A stretch of 64,000 bases of DNA, taken from contig CAVNZM010000001.1 in NCBI GenBank assembly GCA_963693365.1, positions 3,364,907 to 3,428,906 on the forward strand. Reading direction: 5' to 3'. Source of the DNA: Amoebidium appalachense (Eukaryota; Protista; Ichthyosporea). Numbering within the stretch: the first letter of the stretch is position 1; each line of letters opens with the position of its first letter. Below are positions 1-14,216 of this stretch, piece after piece. The position numbers and the translations under genes were made by a program. Under the pieces are notes generated by a model. It did not search any database, was not told the DNA's origin, and worked only from the letters and a program-made list of their open reading frames with translations.

Positions 1-7
1 ACAGACA

Positions 8-75
<68 letters not shown>

Positions 76-132
76 GAGAGACACACTCCCTCTCAACCAT
101 TTAGCCACCCACCCACCCACCCACCCACCCAC

Positions 133-536
133 CTCATTGACCGGTTGGGCCTCGTCATCAAAATGACTCAGTGCAGATGTAGGCGAGGATGCTGCATAAC
201 AAGACCGATTCAGAAAACGCAAAACAGCAACATTGTGCATATAGATGTTTTATAGAGCCCCCCCCTCTCATACCTCCCCCGCCCCGCCCCTCCTCTCCCC
301 CCTCCCCACCATTCCCCGTTTCACACACGTGCACGCTACATCCCGAATGCCATGTGCTTCTTATGTGGGCCGGTGTATCTTGAAGCTGGCTGTATGCATA
401 CTTTGAACAGGTGTGTGCGTGTGCACACTATGTTTAACATTGACCATGCCTGGCTATTCTTTTTGTCTTTGTTGTAGGGTATATTGGCACTCTGTTTCGA
501 TGATATGTTTGCACTGCTGGGTGTGTTCTTGCTTAC

Positions 537-626
<90 letters not shown>

Positions 627-692
627 GTGCAAGCGTGCGTGCGCGCATGCGTGCGTGTGTGTGTGTGTGCGTATGTGTGTGTGTGAGTGTGC

Positions 693-752
<60 letters not shown>

Positions 753-951
753 CTGTGTGTGACTGTGCGTGTGCATGTGTGTGTGACTGTGTCCGTGTTT
801 TTGCGTGTGTGTATGTGTGTGTGCATGTACGCGTGTTTGCATGTGTGCCGCATGCGGAAGTGTGTGTGTGTGTGTGTGTGTGTGTGCGCACGCGAGCATG
901 TGTGTCCGTGGGCGTGTTCTGTATCGGACGTAACGGACCTTAATTTGGATT

Positions 952-1026
<75 letters not shown>

Positions 1027-1391
1027 GTGTGCGTGTGTGTGTGTGTGTATGTGCGTGTGTGTGTGTGTGTGTGTGTGCCTGCGAATGTATATGTGTAAGG
1101 TTGCCTGCTCGTATCAAAGTTTGTGTGTGTCCGTCCGCACATATACGTGCGGAATATGTTTGTGTGTGGGTGGGTGGCTGGACATGGCGCCATGTAGAAG
1201 TGTATGTGTATTTGCAAGGGCAGACAGTGCATATCTGCGTTCATGCATGTACATCCTAGTGTTTCTGCCCGGGTGTGCAGGTGTACGCAAATCCACACAT
1301 TCACACACACACACACACATTCACACACACACACACACATTCACACATTCACACAGTCACACACACATTCACACACACACACACACGCACA

Positions 1392-1486
<95 letters not shown>

Positions 1487-4395
1487 CGAGACATGGCAAG
1501 GACCCACATCACACTGGACACGAGAGCCATTACCCAGTGTTTTCCGAAAAGCAGAACAGGGTCCACAACAGATCACTGCATGCAGAAACCGTTTCCACAC
1601 CCACGCGAAAAACGCGAACTCATTATTGGTTGCAGAAATCTTTCAAACATAAAACACGCATAGGATTGGTTGCACCTACTCACCTCCAAACGATTTCATA
1701 CTGTCTGGTGTGTCGCGGCCCAAGTCACCCACCCTCAGACCACCCATCATCATCTGGGCCACATTCCTTTCACGTAACGTCGGCGATCTGTTGGAAAATA
1801 CAGATGTCAAAAAACACACAAAACAACCCCCCCCCCCCCCCCCCCCCCTCTCTTGCCCTCTTTCTCCCCCCCCCCCCCCCCCCTCCCCCCTCCCCCCCCC
1901 CCCCCCCCCCCCACAAACCAAAAAAAAAGAAAAAGAAAAGAAAAGAAAAAAAAAACCACATTCCAACCACACACGCACACAACGTAGAAAAAAAGATCGG
2001 GGCAGCCGGTAAACCAAAACCGACAACACAAACAAAAACTAGCATACAACGTACATTTGGGTGCATGGCATGAACGCGAATGCTCTGTATGTATGTGTGT
2101 GTGTGTGTGTGCGCGCGCGCACCCATGTGTGTAAGTACTCCCATGTATGCACACAAGCATACAAAAATGTATGACTATGTGCCAACCTGCACATGTGCCA
2201 GGAGATGCGCAAGTGTGTACATGCCACACACATATATCTCATTTCCAAGAGCTTTTTGATACCACCAATCATGCAACTTCACACCTATTGGTAAACCTCA
2301 GCACAACACTACTGCAGCCACAAATACTCAGAACACTCACCCATTGCCAGAGCCCATTTCCTCATCCACCCCCCCCTCGCTCTCTTCCTCCGTCACCACA
2401 CTGCTTGCATCCCCACCATTCCTGAGTTCATCCACGTTTTCCTGGATTTCACCTTCGGAGTCATCTTCGAATCCCTCATATTCCGGTCTTTTGTTTTCAA
2501 ATTCCTCATTCTCCTCGTTTTCGTCGTACCGCTCGCCCGAAAGCTGTGCGGTAGGTTCTATCTCCATGCCATTCCCATATCCCTGAATTTCCGTGTTTTC
2601 ATAAAACCCATTTCGACTAGCTATTTCTTCCTCTTCTTCCGAGTGCTCTGCGACAGATTCCGTCTCCCCGTTCATGTGATTGTCCGGATTTTCCGCGTTT
2701 TCGTATTCCCCATCTTCACTTTCATTTTCGTCCTCCTCTTCCGAAATGTGCGCAGCCGAATCCCCGTACTGGCTTTTTTCATATTCCGGTTCTTGCTCTT
2801 CAAATTCCGACTCCACATCCTCGTCACTGTATTCATCCTCACCATTCCTTCTGCCCACATTCCATGAAGGGGAGTGGGTTCCATGATCGCTGACATCCCC
2901 TTCTACCTCGTCCCCCCCGTTCTGATGGGATTTTTCATGGTCCAACACGTCATCCTCAGACGGAGCAATTTGCTGCAACGACTTGGGTTTATAGAGACCC
3001 CTGCTGCCCGTCTGTGAGCGCTCTCCCCCCAGATCCACTTTTTGGGGGGTGCCATTGCGCGGTTTAATGAAAGTCTGCAATTCAGCTGCAAACTGTGCGC
3101 TGGTGTTATTGTTGAGTTCCTCACTTAGACTCCGCGGTAGGTTGACAGAATGTCTACGGGGAGCGGCGCGGAAATCTCTATTGAACCCCCCTAGCCTCGC
3201 GTGGGTGCTGATTTCGTCGATGCTGCCGGAGGAATGAAGGCCCGAGAGGGCCTTGGGTCTCCTGCGAAATTTTGAGTGGTAGTGGGGTTTTAATTCAGAG
3301 CCACATAGAGTGTTGCAAAGACATACATACAAGAAGGGCAAAGATAATGAACAACAGGAAAGTCAAGTGCTGGAGTATGAGGCAACAATAGTGTGCCATT
3401 GCATGCACGTGTAAGTCTATGTGCATATGCACGTGAGTATGCACTTGAGCATATGTGCATGAGGAGGTGTGACGTGATTCGCATGTGTACTAATTTGGGA
3501 ATCTGGAAGTTGCTGCATGCTGTGAACCCCAGCACCCTTTATTGCCAAATAAGCCTCCTTACGTAAGTGAAAACCAATCAGTAACCAGGTGCACTTACGT
3601 AAGTGATGATGTTCTCTGGGCCTGCCGCTTAAACAAATGGCGGAGGTGATTGTCTGGTGATGCCGGCTGGCTACTCTCAGGTGTGCCCACGACAGAACGT
3701 GGCCGGTATGGGAAAGAAGCAACCGTGGGAGAATTCCAGTCGTCATCCTGCACCAGCTGCACCAATCAAACACAGCCATTAGATTTTAAGTTTCGGTGGC
3801 ATGAAGGTGGCCACAGGTTACACAAAGTATCGTAACCCCACACAATTGCTTAATTGGAATACAACGCTATTAATCTAACATGCATTCTAGCGCAGGACTT
3901 AAAGGCAATCCGGATACTTCAACAAATAATCAAGAGGGCATGTATCAACATGTCACCATATGCCCCGATCAGTATGTACCCCAAAAGGGAAACAGTCAGT
4001 GTCGATTCATTCACCCTACCTCGCTACTATTATCACGTGGCTCGAAGTCAAAGACCCCCCTTCCATCCCCATCCAGAGGAATGACGTCCATGGATGGGGT
4101 CAGGAAACTTCGCTGCCCGTTGGTACCCCCCGATGGCACGTGGATGGGCATGCCGTTTGTTAAATCGGCACCCAGTCCATTTGCGTAGAAACTCTGCATG
4201 ACACAACGGGTGAGTGGTGGTGAGAGCAAAACCCCCCTGAAACGACGGTGAATGTGTGGGCGTGTGCTAATTTGAGCGCTTGTTGGCATACATGCGGTTA
4301 TTGCATGTTTGGTCGTGCATGTGTGAATGTTTGAATGTGTGAAAGTGTGCGTGTGTGTGTGCGTGTGCTTGTGCGCGCGTGTGTGTGTTTGTGTT

Positions 4396-4464
<69 letters not shown>

Positions 4465-4805
4465 CCGTGAGTGTCTGTATACGTCATGTGTGCACGTGTG
4501 CGGGCATGTGAGTGTGTCCACGTGTGTGTGTGGTGTGTGTGTGCGCGCGCACACGAGCACGTGTGTGTGTGTGTGGTGTGCGTATGCGAGCGTGTACACA
4601 CACATGTGTGCGTATGTATTGTGTACACGTGTGTCTGCACATCTATGTGCATGGACACACTTGTGCCTGTGGGTGCGTACTTGTATGTGTGCGTGTGCTG
4701 CAGTTAGTACGTATGCGTGCTATTGTACATTCACGGCACTGGTGTGTGTGCGCGCGCGCGTGTGCGTGTGCGCGTGGGTGTGTTTGTGCGTGGGTGTGCG
4801 CGTGC

Positions 4806-4840
<35 letters not shown>

Positions 4841-4888
4841 CGTGTGTGTGTGTGTGTGTTTGTGTACGCTCGGCCACGTGCATGTGTA

Positions 4889-4923
<35 letters not shown>

Positions 4924-5224
4924 AGGGGGGGAGGGGGGGGGGGGGAGGGACGGGGGCAGGGGTAGACCCTGTGGTGTCACCTACACTCACTACTCACCCA
5001 CACTCCTTTGCTCACGAACACAGAAAAGCAGTAAACTATCAACCGTCCACACAAATGGCCAGCACAACACCACCATATCCACAACCAGTGGCACCCACCC
5101 ATTCACTCCCTCTTCCTCCCTCCCTCCCCTCCCTTCTCCCCCCCCCCCCCCCCCCCCAAAAAAAAAAAAAACAAAAAAAAAACTATACTTTTCATCCCAC
5201 CAGAACAATCGTAGGCATGTGGCA

Positions 5225-5272
<48 letters not shown>

Positions 5273-6120
5273 CCCCCCTTCCCCCCCCCCTACAAAAAAA
5301 AAAAAAAAGAAAAAGAAACACCCACACCCACACCCACCCCCACCCCACACGCACACGCACACAGACACACACACACACACACACCTGTGTGTCTGTACCG
5401 GGCACAGGGCCCATGACCAGAGGGCTGGTAGGGGCAGACATTTCCTCCCCAGGGCTGACCGTTGGGACCGGGCTGGCCCCAGGGCCCAAAGCAGCCGTGG
5501 ATGTTTGGTTCGAGTCAGTGCCAGCTCCTAAAAAATGAGAAAAATGAGAGATGAAAATAAACCCGTGATCTTTGCATGTGCATTCATACGTGCAAACACG
5601 GAAAGCAAACATAGATGGAGTTATTGATAGGGTATTTTAGTGCTCCTGTGTGTGCCCGCGAGCGTGTGTGTGTGCGTGCATGTGTGTGTTTGTGTGTGTG
5701 TGTGTGTGTGTCTGCAAATTGTGTGCATACCTGGTTCTGAGAGAGGTAGCATGTTTATGTTGCATGCTGTACGTTTAAACCAAAAAATGTAGTGGTGGAT
5801 AATGCACCTATAACAGTTATAATGCTAGTTGTGGCTCTTGCTTATAGCCTCTGGTGTGTGGTGTGGTTCCGTGTGTGCCATGTATGTGTGCATGTGTTTA
5901 GGTGTGTGGGTACAGTCTACTTGAATTTGCGGGCATGAGTGGCATGTGGGTGGTTGTGAATGGGCGTGTGTATAGCAGATTTCATACGAGACCGTTTGTG
6001 TTCTAAAAGCATGCACATACTGGTTGATGTACGTACTGTTATGTGCAATGTGTTTCTCTGTACTATTGCATGTCTGCGTTTCTGCAAGCGTGCATAAAAA
6101 CCTTCGTGTGGATTTATGCA

Positions 6121-6194
<74 letters not shown>

Positions 6195-6293
6195 GCCCGT
6201 GTCAGGTGCACACGTACTTCTATGCTCGATGTTGTCTATGGTCTTGTCCACCGCACTCACGGCCTTCTCCAACACATTACTCCACCATGGCAT
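133..6293 (-). CDS. Gene A: multi-exon acidic/low-complexity protein of unknown function; the 3' part continues beyond the window start
   Basis: Phase-consistent GT-AG exon chain read by hand: 6293-6218 ([25 protein letters not shown], ends phase 1), 5527-5385 (ph0), 4193-4020 (ph0), 3747-3599 (ph2), 3261-2341 (large E/D/N-rich exon = ORF 2337..3341, ph2), 1787-1684 (ph1), 191-133 (ph0, donor gtgggt). No stops across the joins. Product is not identifiable. Confidence 0.75.
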
Positions 6294-6542
6294 TTTCACG
6301 TCTGCCGACTGCCACTCACTATGTGTATAAAGCCCATCACAGGTACTTGTGTGTGTTGGCCCTGTAAGCACAGCCCCAATGTTCAATGTTTGAGAGACTC
6401 GGAAAGTAACAGACAACTATGCTTTGTGACAGGAAAACCCCTTACGCGTACCATAACCCCCGGGATAAGTCCTATGAATGCTGCCTGGTACATAGCGCGC
6501 TGAAGCTCTGTTCATAGCAAAGCGAGGAGCAAAATGACTTAC

Positions 6543-7153
6543 ATTTGAGTTTGGCTGAGCTGTGCAAACTTTCCCACAACACACATTCTGCTTCAAACCC
6601 ATCCTTCCTGGTTTGCGTCTATGAAGTGAAATCGACAGCTTAGTAAATTCTGTCTGCCCTTGTGTTCGCCACTTCATCAGAGCATGCCTTGTCTAGCTTG
6701 ATTGCATGACAAGCATCTCTCCCCCCCCCCCCCCCCCCCCCCCCCTCTTTCTCCACGCCCGCCCCCTCCACACCCCACTCCTTGCAGTTCGCACCCATAA
6801 GCAAGCACAGGAGCTTTATAAAACAGGTCAATAAACTAACGTACCTCATCGGGAACGTCGATCCCACCGAAAAATGCTTGGGGTGAATCTGTGTTGTTTC
6901 CCAAAAAAAAGAGCTGAAAAGAGTCACTGCTATCGAGGATATGTCTGCATATGTTCTTACTATAGCCAAAAAAGTCTGTCAACCTATGCCGTAGCTTGGT
7001 GCTGTCAAAATTCCTACACCTCAAACTCTTGCAGAGGGGGCCACCGACGGCCCACCGTGCCCCTCTTGGCACACGCACTCTAATAAAGTAGTATAACTCT
7101 TTCTCGCCGGCTATGAGAAACACCGTGTATTCTTCAAACCTTAATACTCGCAT
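6543..7153 (-). CDS. Possible additional upstream coding exons of gene A (or 5' UTR exons)
   Basis: Open frame from ATG 7153 to a donor at 6844 (gtacgt); exon 6692-6543 (150 nt, donor gtaagt); acceptor cag before 6308 is in frame with MPWW. All joins are phase 0, but there is no recognisable homology. Confidence 0.3.
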
Positions 7154-8886
7154 GTAAAGTGTTGGCTGTTTTACTACCACAACGACAATTTCCAATACAG
7201 GGCCCCCAGTTGTTCTATCTTCACGCCTCACCTCAAGTGAACGAAGCCTTCAAGCTTCGAAAGTACAGTTTGATTTATGCTAAGTTGGGTAAAACGAGCC
7301 GCAAGATGATTGGTCAAAAACGGTTACTGTTGCATGCCATCTGCTCCCATGAAAGCAAATACGCCTTGCTATATACGTGATTGTACACGAATCAAGTTGT
7401 ACCATTTAGTATTGTCTTAGTGCAGTCACCTTCATCTGACCAATCATATGTTGCGTTCCTGCCATTTCGTCACCGTCAAGACACTAAAATACGAGACTAT
7501 TCAAAATTTGGCGCCGTTGGCCCGTTGCCCTCGCCGAGGCTGTCCAAAGCTATTTTGTGTCATTATTCATAGCAACCCTCTGACTAGCTATAGGTAGGGA
7601 ATGGTGCACTCTACAGAGAAATCAGGTGTAACGAGCGGTGACTCAACAAAGGCTTCCTACCCCCATCTTCCCTCAACCTCAACGGCGTACAAACACATCA
7701 ACCACAACCTCTCCAAACACCAACTGGCTCATCCATGGTTTGTTACATTTTATACTTTTCAATGGCCCTGAGAATTTAGTTTTTTGAATTTCTTACGGTA
7801 CTAGGCCTAGATACGGTGAATACATTCACCAACACTACCCGCATCACCTGCCCAACAGTATTGAATCCTAAGCCCGCTCCGTCGTTTTCCGAGCGTGTGT
7901 CTGGATTTGTTTTCTCCTTGTTTGCTTCGTTGATTTTTGGTATGCACTCGCCAAGGCCAGGTGCACTTGTCTCCATTGCCAAAGGCGAAGGTATAATCTG
8001 ATATCCCCCTGTGTATACGTAAGAACGTGGCCGTTAGCACATCTTTCGGTTGTGTAATATCACAAGCAACTCCTCACAGAACAACTGTTACAGCCCGTGC
8101 ACAATGCACATGCCTGCATGCTGCCACCTTTTCTATACTTCTACATACAGCCTGGACAGGCCTTTGACTGACACAATCACAGCCCAAAATATGTACTACG
8201 GCAAAGATCGAGACGAGGAGGCCACCCTTGGAAGTTACGGTAGCGTTATCGGACATGTACGGGTTGCTGTTTGTGCTTACTTGCTCATGACCCCCTAATA
8301 TACATTGGCAGGGATCCGGGAGGATGGTTTTGGCTTGTCTCTCAGACGTTTGCCGTGTGACACTGAATAGATGTACAAGCCACTGTGCACTCGTTTGTGG
8401 TGCCGTCAAGGAAGGTTGCACATCGTGAAGTCAATCATTCTTTCTTTCTTTTTCTTTTTCTTTCTTTCTTTTTTTTTTTTCGCCCATTTGAAACGCACCC
8501 CACTTGTGGTGCCAATAGGACGAAAGGAGTGTCCGGTAAAAGACTGCAGCCGTGTCTTTCCGGCTATTATCGCTATGAAAAAGTGAAGATTCATGGGTTA
8601 CGCTGAAACACAACTACCTCTGGAAGGTAGACACATCATGGACCTTCGTTGGATAGGCTTGCACATGTCCACGTGTGCTTAGGCTCGTCCTGTATGTTCC
8701 TGTAGTTACTGTATCAGCCCCTCCCCCCCCAAAAAAAGTTAACAGGCGAAGGCTTCAGAACTCGTTGTGTACGCTTGTCAGTTATGAGTCACTGATCACC
8801 TCCACGGCCCTCTGAAAAAAAGGCCGTGTCACCTCGCCCGTCGAGGTTCCTCGAGCCTCTTGATCATTCATGAGTCGACCAAGCGA

Positions 8887-8894
8887 TGACGTCA
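8887..8894. promoter_or_regulatory. Palindromic CRE-type site TGACGTCA in the probable divergent promoter region between genes A and B
   Basis: Exact TGACGTCA at 8887-8894 and CCAAT near 8936, in a microsatellite-free, CpG-containing segment ~550 bp upstream of ATG 9441. Function is inferred only. Confidence 0.25.
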
Positions 8895-9440
8895 CGAAGG
8901 CGCATCGCCCCGCCAAAAACACAGCCGCGTGAGCACCAATCCCAAGGTTCGCTTTTGCAAAAATCCCCAAGCGAAAGTTGAAAGTCCACAAAGTCATATG
9001 ATATCATTGGTCCCTGAGTATACAATTTTGGAATTTCGGTAGTCATAAACTGATGGTACCCCCTCACTGTCTTCCAGGCCCCTCCCCCCCGCAAAACCGA
9101 GCCGTTTGCAACGGTCACACCCACACAAATCTTCTGGTGGAGCGCATGCCTTAGTGGGCATCTTCAGCGTTCTGCCTTTTTTCTTTTTCTTTTTTCTTTT
9201 TGTAGTACACGTTTTTCGTTCCCTGAACATACTAAAATAGGTGTTGGTGTAGCTTTGGGTGTGTGATTCTAGTTTAAGCTTGCTTTTTAAACGGTTTTCG
9301 GTTGGGTGATAGCAGCCGTATTAGAAGCACAAACACAAGCAGTATAGCAAGAAACGTGAGATCTTGCCTCTAATAAGGTTTTTCTTAGCCACAAAACATC
9401 TTAGCTGTTACATCTATTAGTTTCTCTCAAACCTCCCAAA

Positions 9441-11105
9441 ATGGATGAGGAACCGATCGAGATCAGTGAGTCCGGGGGGGATACAGCCGAGGAGTACGAT
9501 GCCGACCCCTCGGCCGACACAGGGGACAACGAGGCAAGGCTCAAGCGAAGGGGGAAGCGGAAAAGGGGGACCATTAGATTCAAGCCTGACAGTACCCCTG
9601 CACCCCATCCTGCTCCCCCCGGGTTTCCAGGGTTCCAGCTGAGCTCTTCTTGGCGCCCTATCATGTATACGGGACCTCCTCCCCGGGGGCCCGTGCAACT
9701 TGGCCGTATGCCCGGGCCTGGGGGTATTTTCGGCGCCCCTGTGGCTCCACGACCCCCTTTCTGGTTTCCCCCAGGTGGCCAAGCCCCGCGTGGGATGCCC
9801 CCAATCGCACCTGCCTTCCCGATGATGACCCATGCCATGATGTCGTCGGGTGAGTCGGAGGAGGAGACGGAGGTTGTGAAGAAGCCGAGGCAAAAGAGAG
9901 CGCCCAGGGCCAAAAAGGTCAAAGCAGACGGGGGCAGTGATGACGAGGGCGGGGCACAGAAACGAGGCCTGCAGAGCGAAACGGAGGGGCAGTCGGAGGC
10001 AGAGGGGCTCACTGGTGGTGTGCCCGGGCAGGCCAAGCCCAGGAAGAAATACAAGAAGAGACGTGTGGCACCGCCCCTTGCGGAGTACGACCAGGCCAAG
10101 GAGAAGGAGATTGCAGAGCTGGAGAACGACTCGTCCACGGTGCGGTTGAACAAGAGCGAACCGGAGTTGGCCGGCCCTGTGTGGGAATATTTGGCGGCGC
10201 TGAGACGTGACCTTGCACACCAGGTTAGGGACAAGATGGGTCCGCTCTACAACAAACTCAAGGCCGGCCAGTTGTGGGTCGAACCTCCACCCCTCCCTGC
10301 CCTTCCCCCCACGGATATGGCCTGCACCCCTGACCTCTTCTACCTCCCCCGTGTTCTCCTGTGGCTTCCAGAGGTGGTCTGGGGCATGTCTCCATACTGC
10401 CCGAAATGTTTTGGTGGCGGTACGGCGGAGCAGCCGATCAAGTCGATGATTCCGAAGGGATTCCCCAACGCCATGGCCCGTCGTGTTGTTGCGCTCGACC
10501 ACTGCTACTACGTCATGACCCGCAAGTACGAGTGCGACAAATGCTCACAATCGGTGCGCGCAACAGACCCGAACCTCGTTGCGCAGTTCCCGGCGTACAT
10601 TTCCGGTGCGTTTCCGGCGGTGATTAACGTCCGTGGTGGTTTGGATCGCAGTGTGGTGTATCTGATTGAACAGGCGGACAGGGAGAAGCGGAGTCTTGTG
10701 GGGGTGGCGGAGATGGTACGCAATCTTCAGTACGATCGGTACCGTGCAGTGCGTGCACGCTATTGCTCTCTGGTGGCCCTACAGCGCAAGACCCTCCCAG
10801 CCGAGGTCTGGGAGGACGGTGGCGATGGCGGCGAGGATGGGGATGATGTTGTGAAGAAGGGGGCGGGGAGGAGCAGGGAGGTGTGGTGGGTCAGAAGCCC
10901 GGGCCTGGGCGGCCGGCCAAGACACCGCGCAGTGAAGGCTACATGTTGAGGAGGGCACCAAACAACGAGTTTGGGTTCTCGACGTTCAATGACCCAGCCG
11001 GATATGCTGGGTGCTGCCCGTCTGGTGTGCCCACCCCCCCTTTCCACCCCCCTCCTCCCAAAGCAAAAAGACCCCCCCCCCCCCCTATCCCACATACACA
11101 CACAG

Positions 11106-11137
<32 letters not shown>

Positions 11138-11478
11138 AGTTTACCCCATCCACCGACTGACAGGTGTGCGCACGGACACATTCCTCTTGTGGACATTGTG
11201 GGGTAGGCATATTATTAGTGTGCTGCTGTGCTGTTTGCTGGGTTCAATCCTCCCTTCCCCCCCCCCCCCCCCCCCCGGCCCCGCTTGCTTTCGAGCCTTT
11301 CTGGAGGGCAGATAGTCAATCCTACATGTGGCAAAACGAATGAGATGACCTTTCCCCCTTCACCTCTTTTTCACAAGCGCTCCATGTAGACTTTCAGTTA
11401 CCCCCCCCCCCCCCCCCCCCCCCCTTTCCCCTCAAACCCCTATACCCCATCTCCCCCCCCCCATTCCTGCCCCCCGCG

Positions 11479-11512
<34 letters not shown>

Positions 11513-11803
11513 AGTACATGGGCACTTGCAGTTCTCCTTTCCGTACCCTTCCCATCATTTCCCCTTTTACCCCCCATGGTCCTTCCCATTCCTCGTCGAT
11601 TCTTGCTTCACCTGCACTTCGTCCTCCGTTCTTCTCCTCTCCTCTGCACGGTTTTTTTTACAGTTTTTGTTTTATTATTTTTTGATTTTTGATTGCGTTT
11701 TGTGTTTTGTCCTTTGATATCCCCTATATGATTCCAACCCTCTAATGCATCCCCCCCCATTTGCTCCTTCTCACAAAAGGTACACGTACATGTACACCTA
11801 TGC

Positions 11804-11845
<42 letters not shown>

Positions 11846-11944
11846 CTGCCTCCACGTACCCGCACACACACAAACACACACATGCACACACACACACACA
11901 AACACACACATGCACACACACACACACACACACATCTGCCTCCA

Positions 11945-11979
<35 letters not shown>

Positions 11980-11988
11980 CTGCCTCCA

Positions 11989-12029
<41 letters not shown>

Positions 12030-12751
12030 CTGCCTCCACGTACACACACACATAACACACACACACACACACATCTCTCCACGTACACACACACACACCC
12101 ACACGTACGCTTACACGTGCCCGTACACGTACACGTACAGTGGAGTACCTGCGTGCGGTCGTTGAGACCTTTACCGGGCCACTTGGTCGGCCCCGTGTGC
12201 ATCCCCTCCCTGTGGAGCTGGTCGGTGGGCCTGCAAACGGCCAGCAGGCAGAGGAAGTCAACCAATCAGACGCCGAGCAGCAAAGGTGTGTGCGTGTATG
12301 AGTTGGTGTGTGTGTGTGTACGCGCGCGCATGTGTGTATGTTCCTGTGCATGGTGAATAATTTGTGCCTTGTGTATGTTCACGTGCAAGCGTGTGTGCGT
12401 GTGCGTGCATGTGCATGTGTTTTGGGTGTCCCCACCCTCGATCCCCCCTTTTTGTGTCTGTGTCCCCCCCCCCCCCCCCCCCCCCCCCCGTCTGGCTTCA
12501 GGTCCCACCTTTTGCTGTCTGCACGCACAAATACCCTGGCTCGTTTGTGAAAGCGGAGTGATCCCACTGCGTTCGAATGCAGCGGTATTTGAGTTATTCT
12601 GATTGTGGGTGGTGAATGGGTCGAAGCTCTGGTTGCGTGGGTGACGTGCTCCCCCCCCCCCCCCCCCCAGCGTAGGCCGAGCTCCAGCTGCATGCTGGTG
12701 TTTTGTTCATTCATCGCACATCTAATACTCCACACTGTGTAGCACATCCTT

Positions 12752-12802
<51 letters not shown>

Positions 12803-13761
12803 AAAAAAAAAAAAAAAACTATCACCACCAAGACAGTGGGAGCAAGGCAGCGGGGGGTGGGGTTTGTTGTTTATATGTTGGCTTTGCCATTTTTTACGAC
12901 GAATGGAGTCAATGGATGGACAGAGACACTTCTGCAAACACACGTGCATTCCGAGTAAGATGAACAAAGGAAGGGAATGTAGTGCTTGGAGAGATAGATT
13001 GTGTCTGCATGTGTTTATTTTTGTGTCAACGACACGGAAAGAGAGAGTTTGAGTGGTCATACCATGATAGATGTATCAACCCGCACACCTCTCCTCTCTC
13101 TTTCTGATAGAGGCCTTCAACTTGACCTTATCTAATATCGTTTTCTCCTTTTTCAGGGAGGGTTACGAAACTGCCGATGAAGGCAACAACACCGAAACAG
13201 AGGGGCCGGGGGGCAAGCGCAAACCCGCCGGTCGCCGGGCCGAGACCAGGTGCGGGCAGTGTGGGAAGACCACGTGCGGGGGTGCGGAAAAGTCTGGAAT
13301 CTGCGAGGTTGCATTCCAGCCGGGCCAGGGGCTTGTACCCGACGGTAAATCGTTCAAGACGGAGGAGGAGGTGCTTCAATACAAGGTGTTGTTGCTTCAA
13401 CAGCAACAGTTGAAATTGCAGATTGAACGGTTGAAAAGGCGTGGGAAAAAGCCCCCCGCGGATGGCGCCGGCGCGGGGGCTGTGGGCGCGGGTGTAGGGG
13501 GGGACAATACGGAGGGAGAAGGGAACGGGCCTGCCGGAATCGGGGGTGGAGAGGGAGGGGAGGGGGGTAATTTGGGTTTACGCAAGAAGAAGAAAAACAA
13601 GTTTATCAAAGAGTCACAGTCAGAGGTCAAGCGGCTACAGAGGCAGTTGGGCAAACTGCAGGAGGCTGCAGCCCTGCGCAAGGCCAGAGAGAAGGAGAAG
13701 GAGAGGTTGGAGCTGCTTGCGGGAATGCAGAGAGAGGCCCAGAGGTTGGAGGAGTACGTGC

Positions 13762-13797
<36 letters not shown>

Positions 13798-14161
13798 ACC
13801 ACCACCACCACCACCACCGCCACCGCCACCGCCACCACACACACACACATTTTTCTTGCTTTCCGCTGACTGCCGCAACTTTTCCCACTGCTCTTGCATG
13901 TGATGACTGCTTGAATGAATAAATAAACTCGTTTGTATTGAAGATAGGCAAGCTTGTTCAAGAGAAACGGGGTATCTGAGTTAGTGAGGTGGGTTTCGTT
14001 TATGAGTTGGCTGGGTCGAAATTCAGACCCTGTGGGCTACTTGAGCCACCCCTGCGGATGGGGTTTGCTTGCATGCTCTTTGCTTTTGCTTTGCAGTCTG
14101 CATTGTACTTTCCCCTGTGACTGTGCACCTTGTACGCTGTAACATATCCCCCCCTCCCATC

Positions 14162-14216
<55 letters not shown>

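Noticed and set aside
9401-10502. Long antisense ORFs (277 and 361 aa) opposite gene B
   Set aside because: Shadow ORFs of a GC-rich coding exon.
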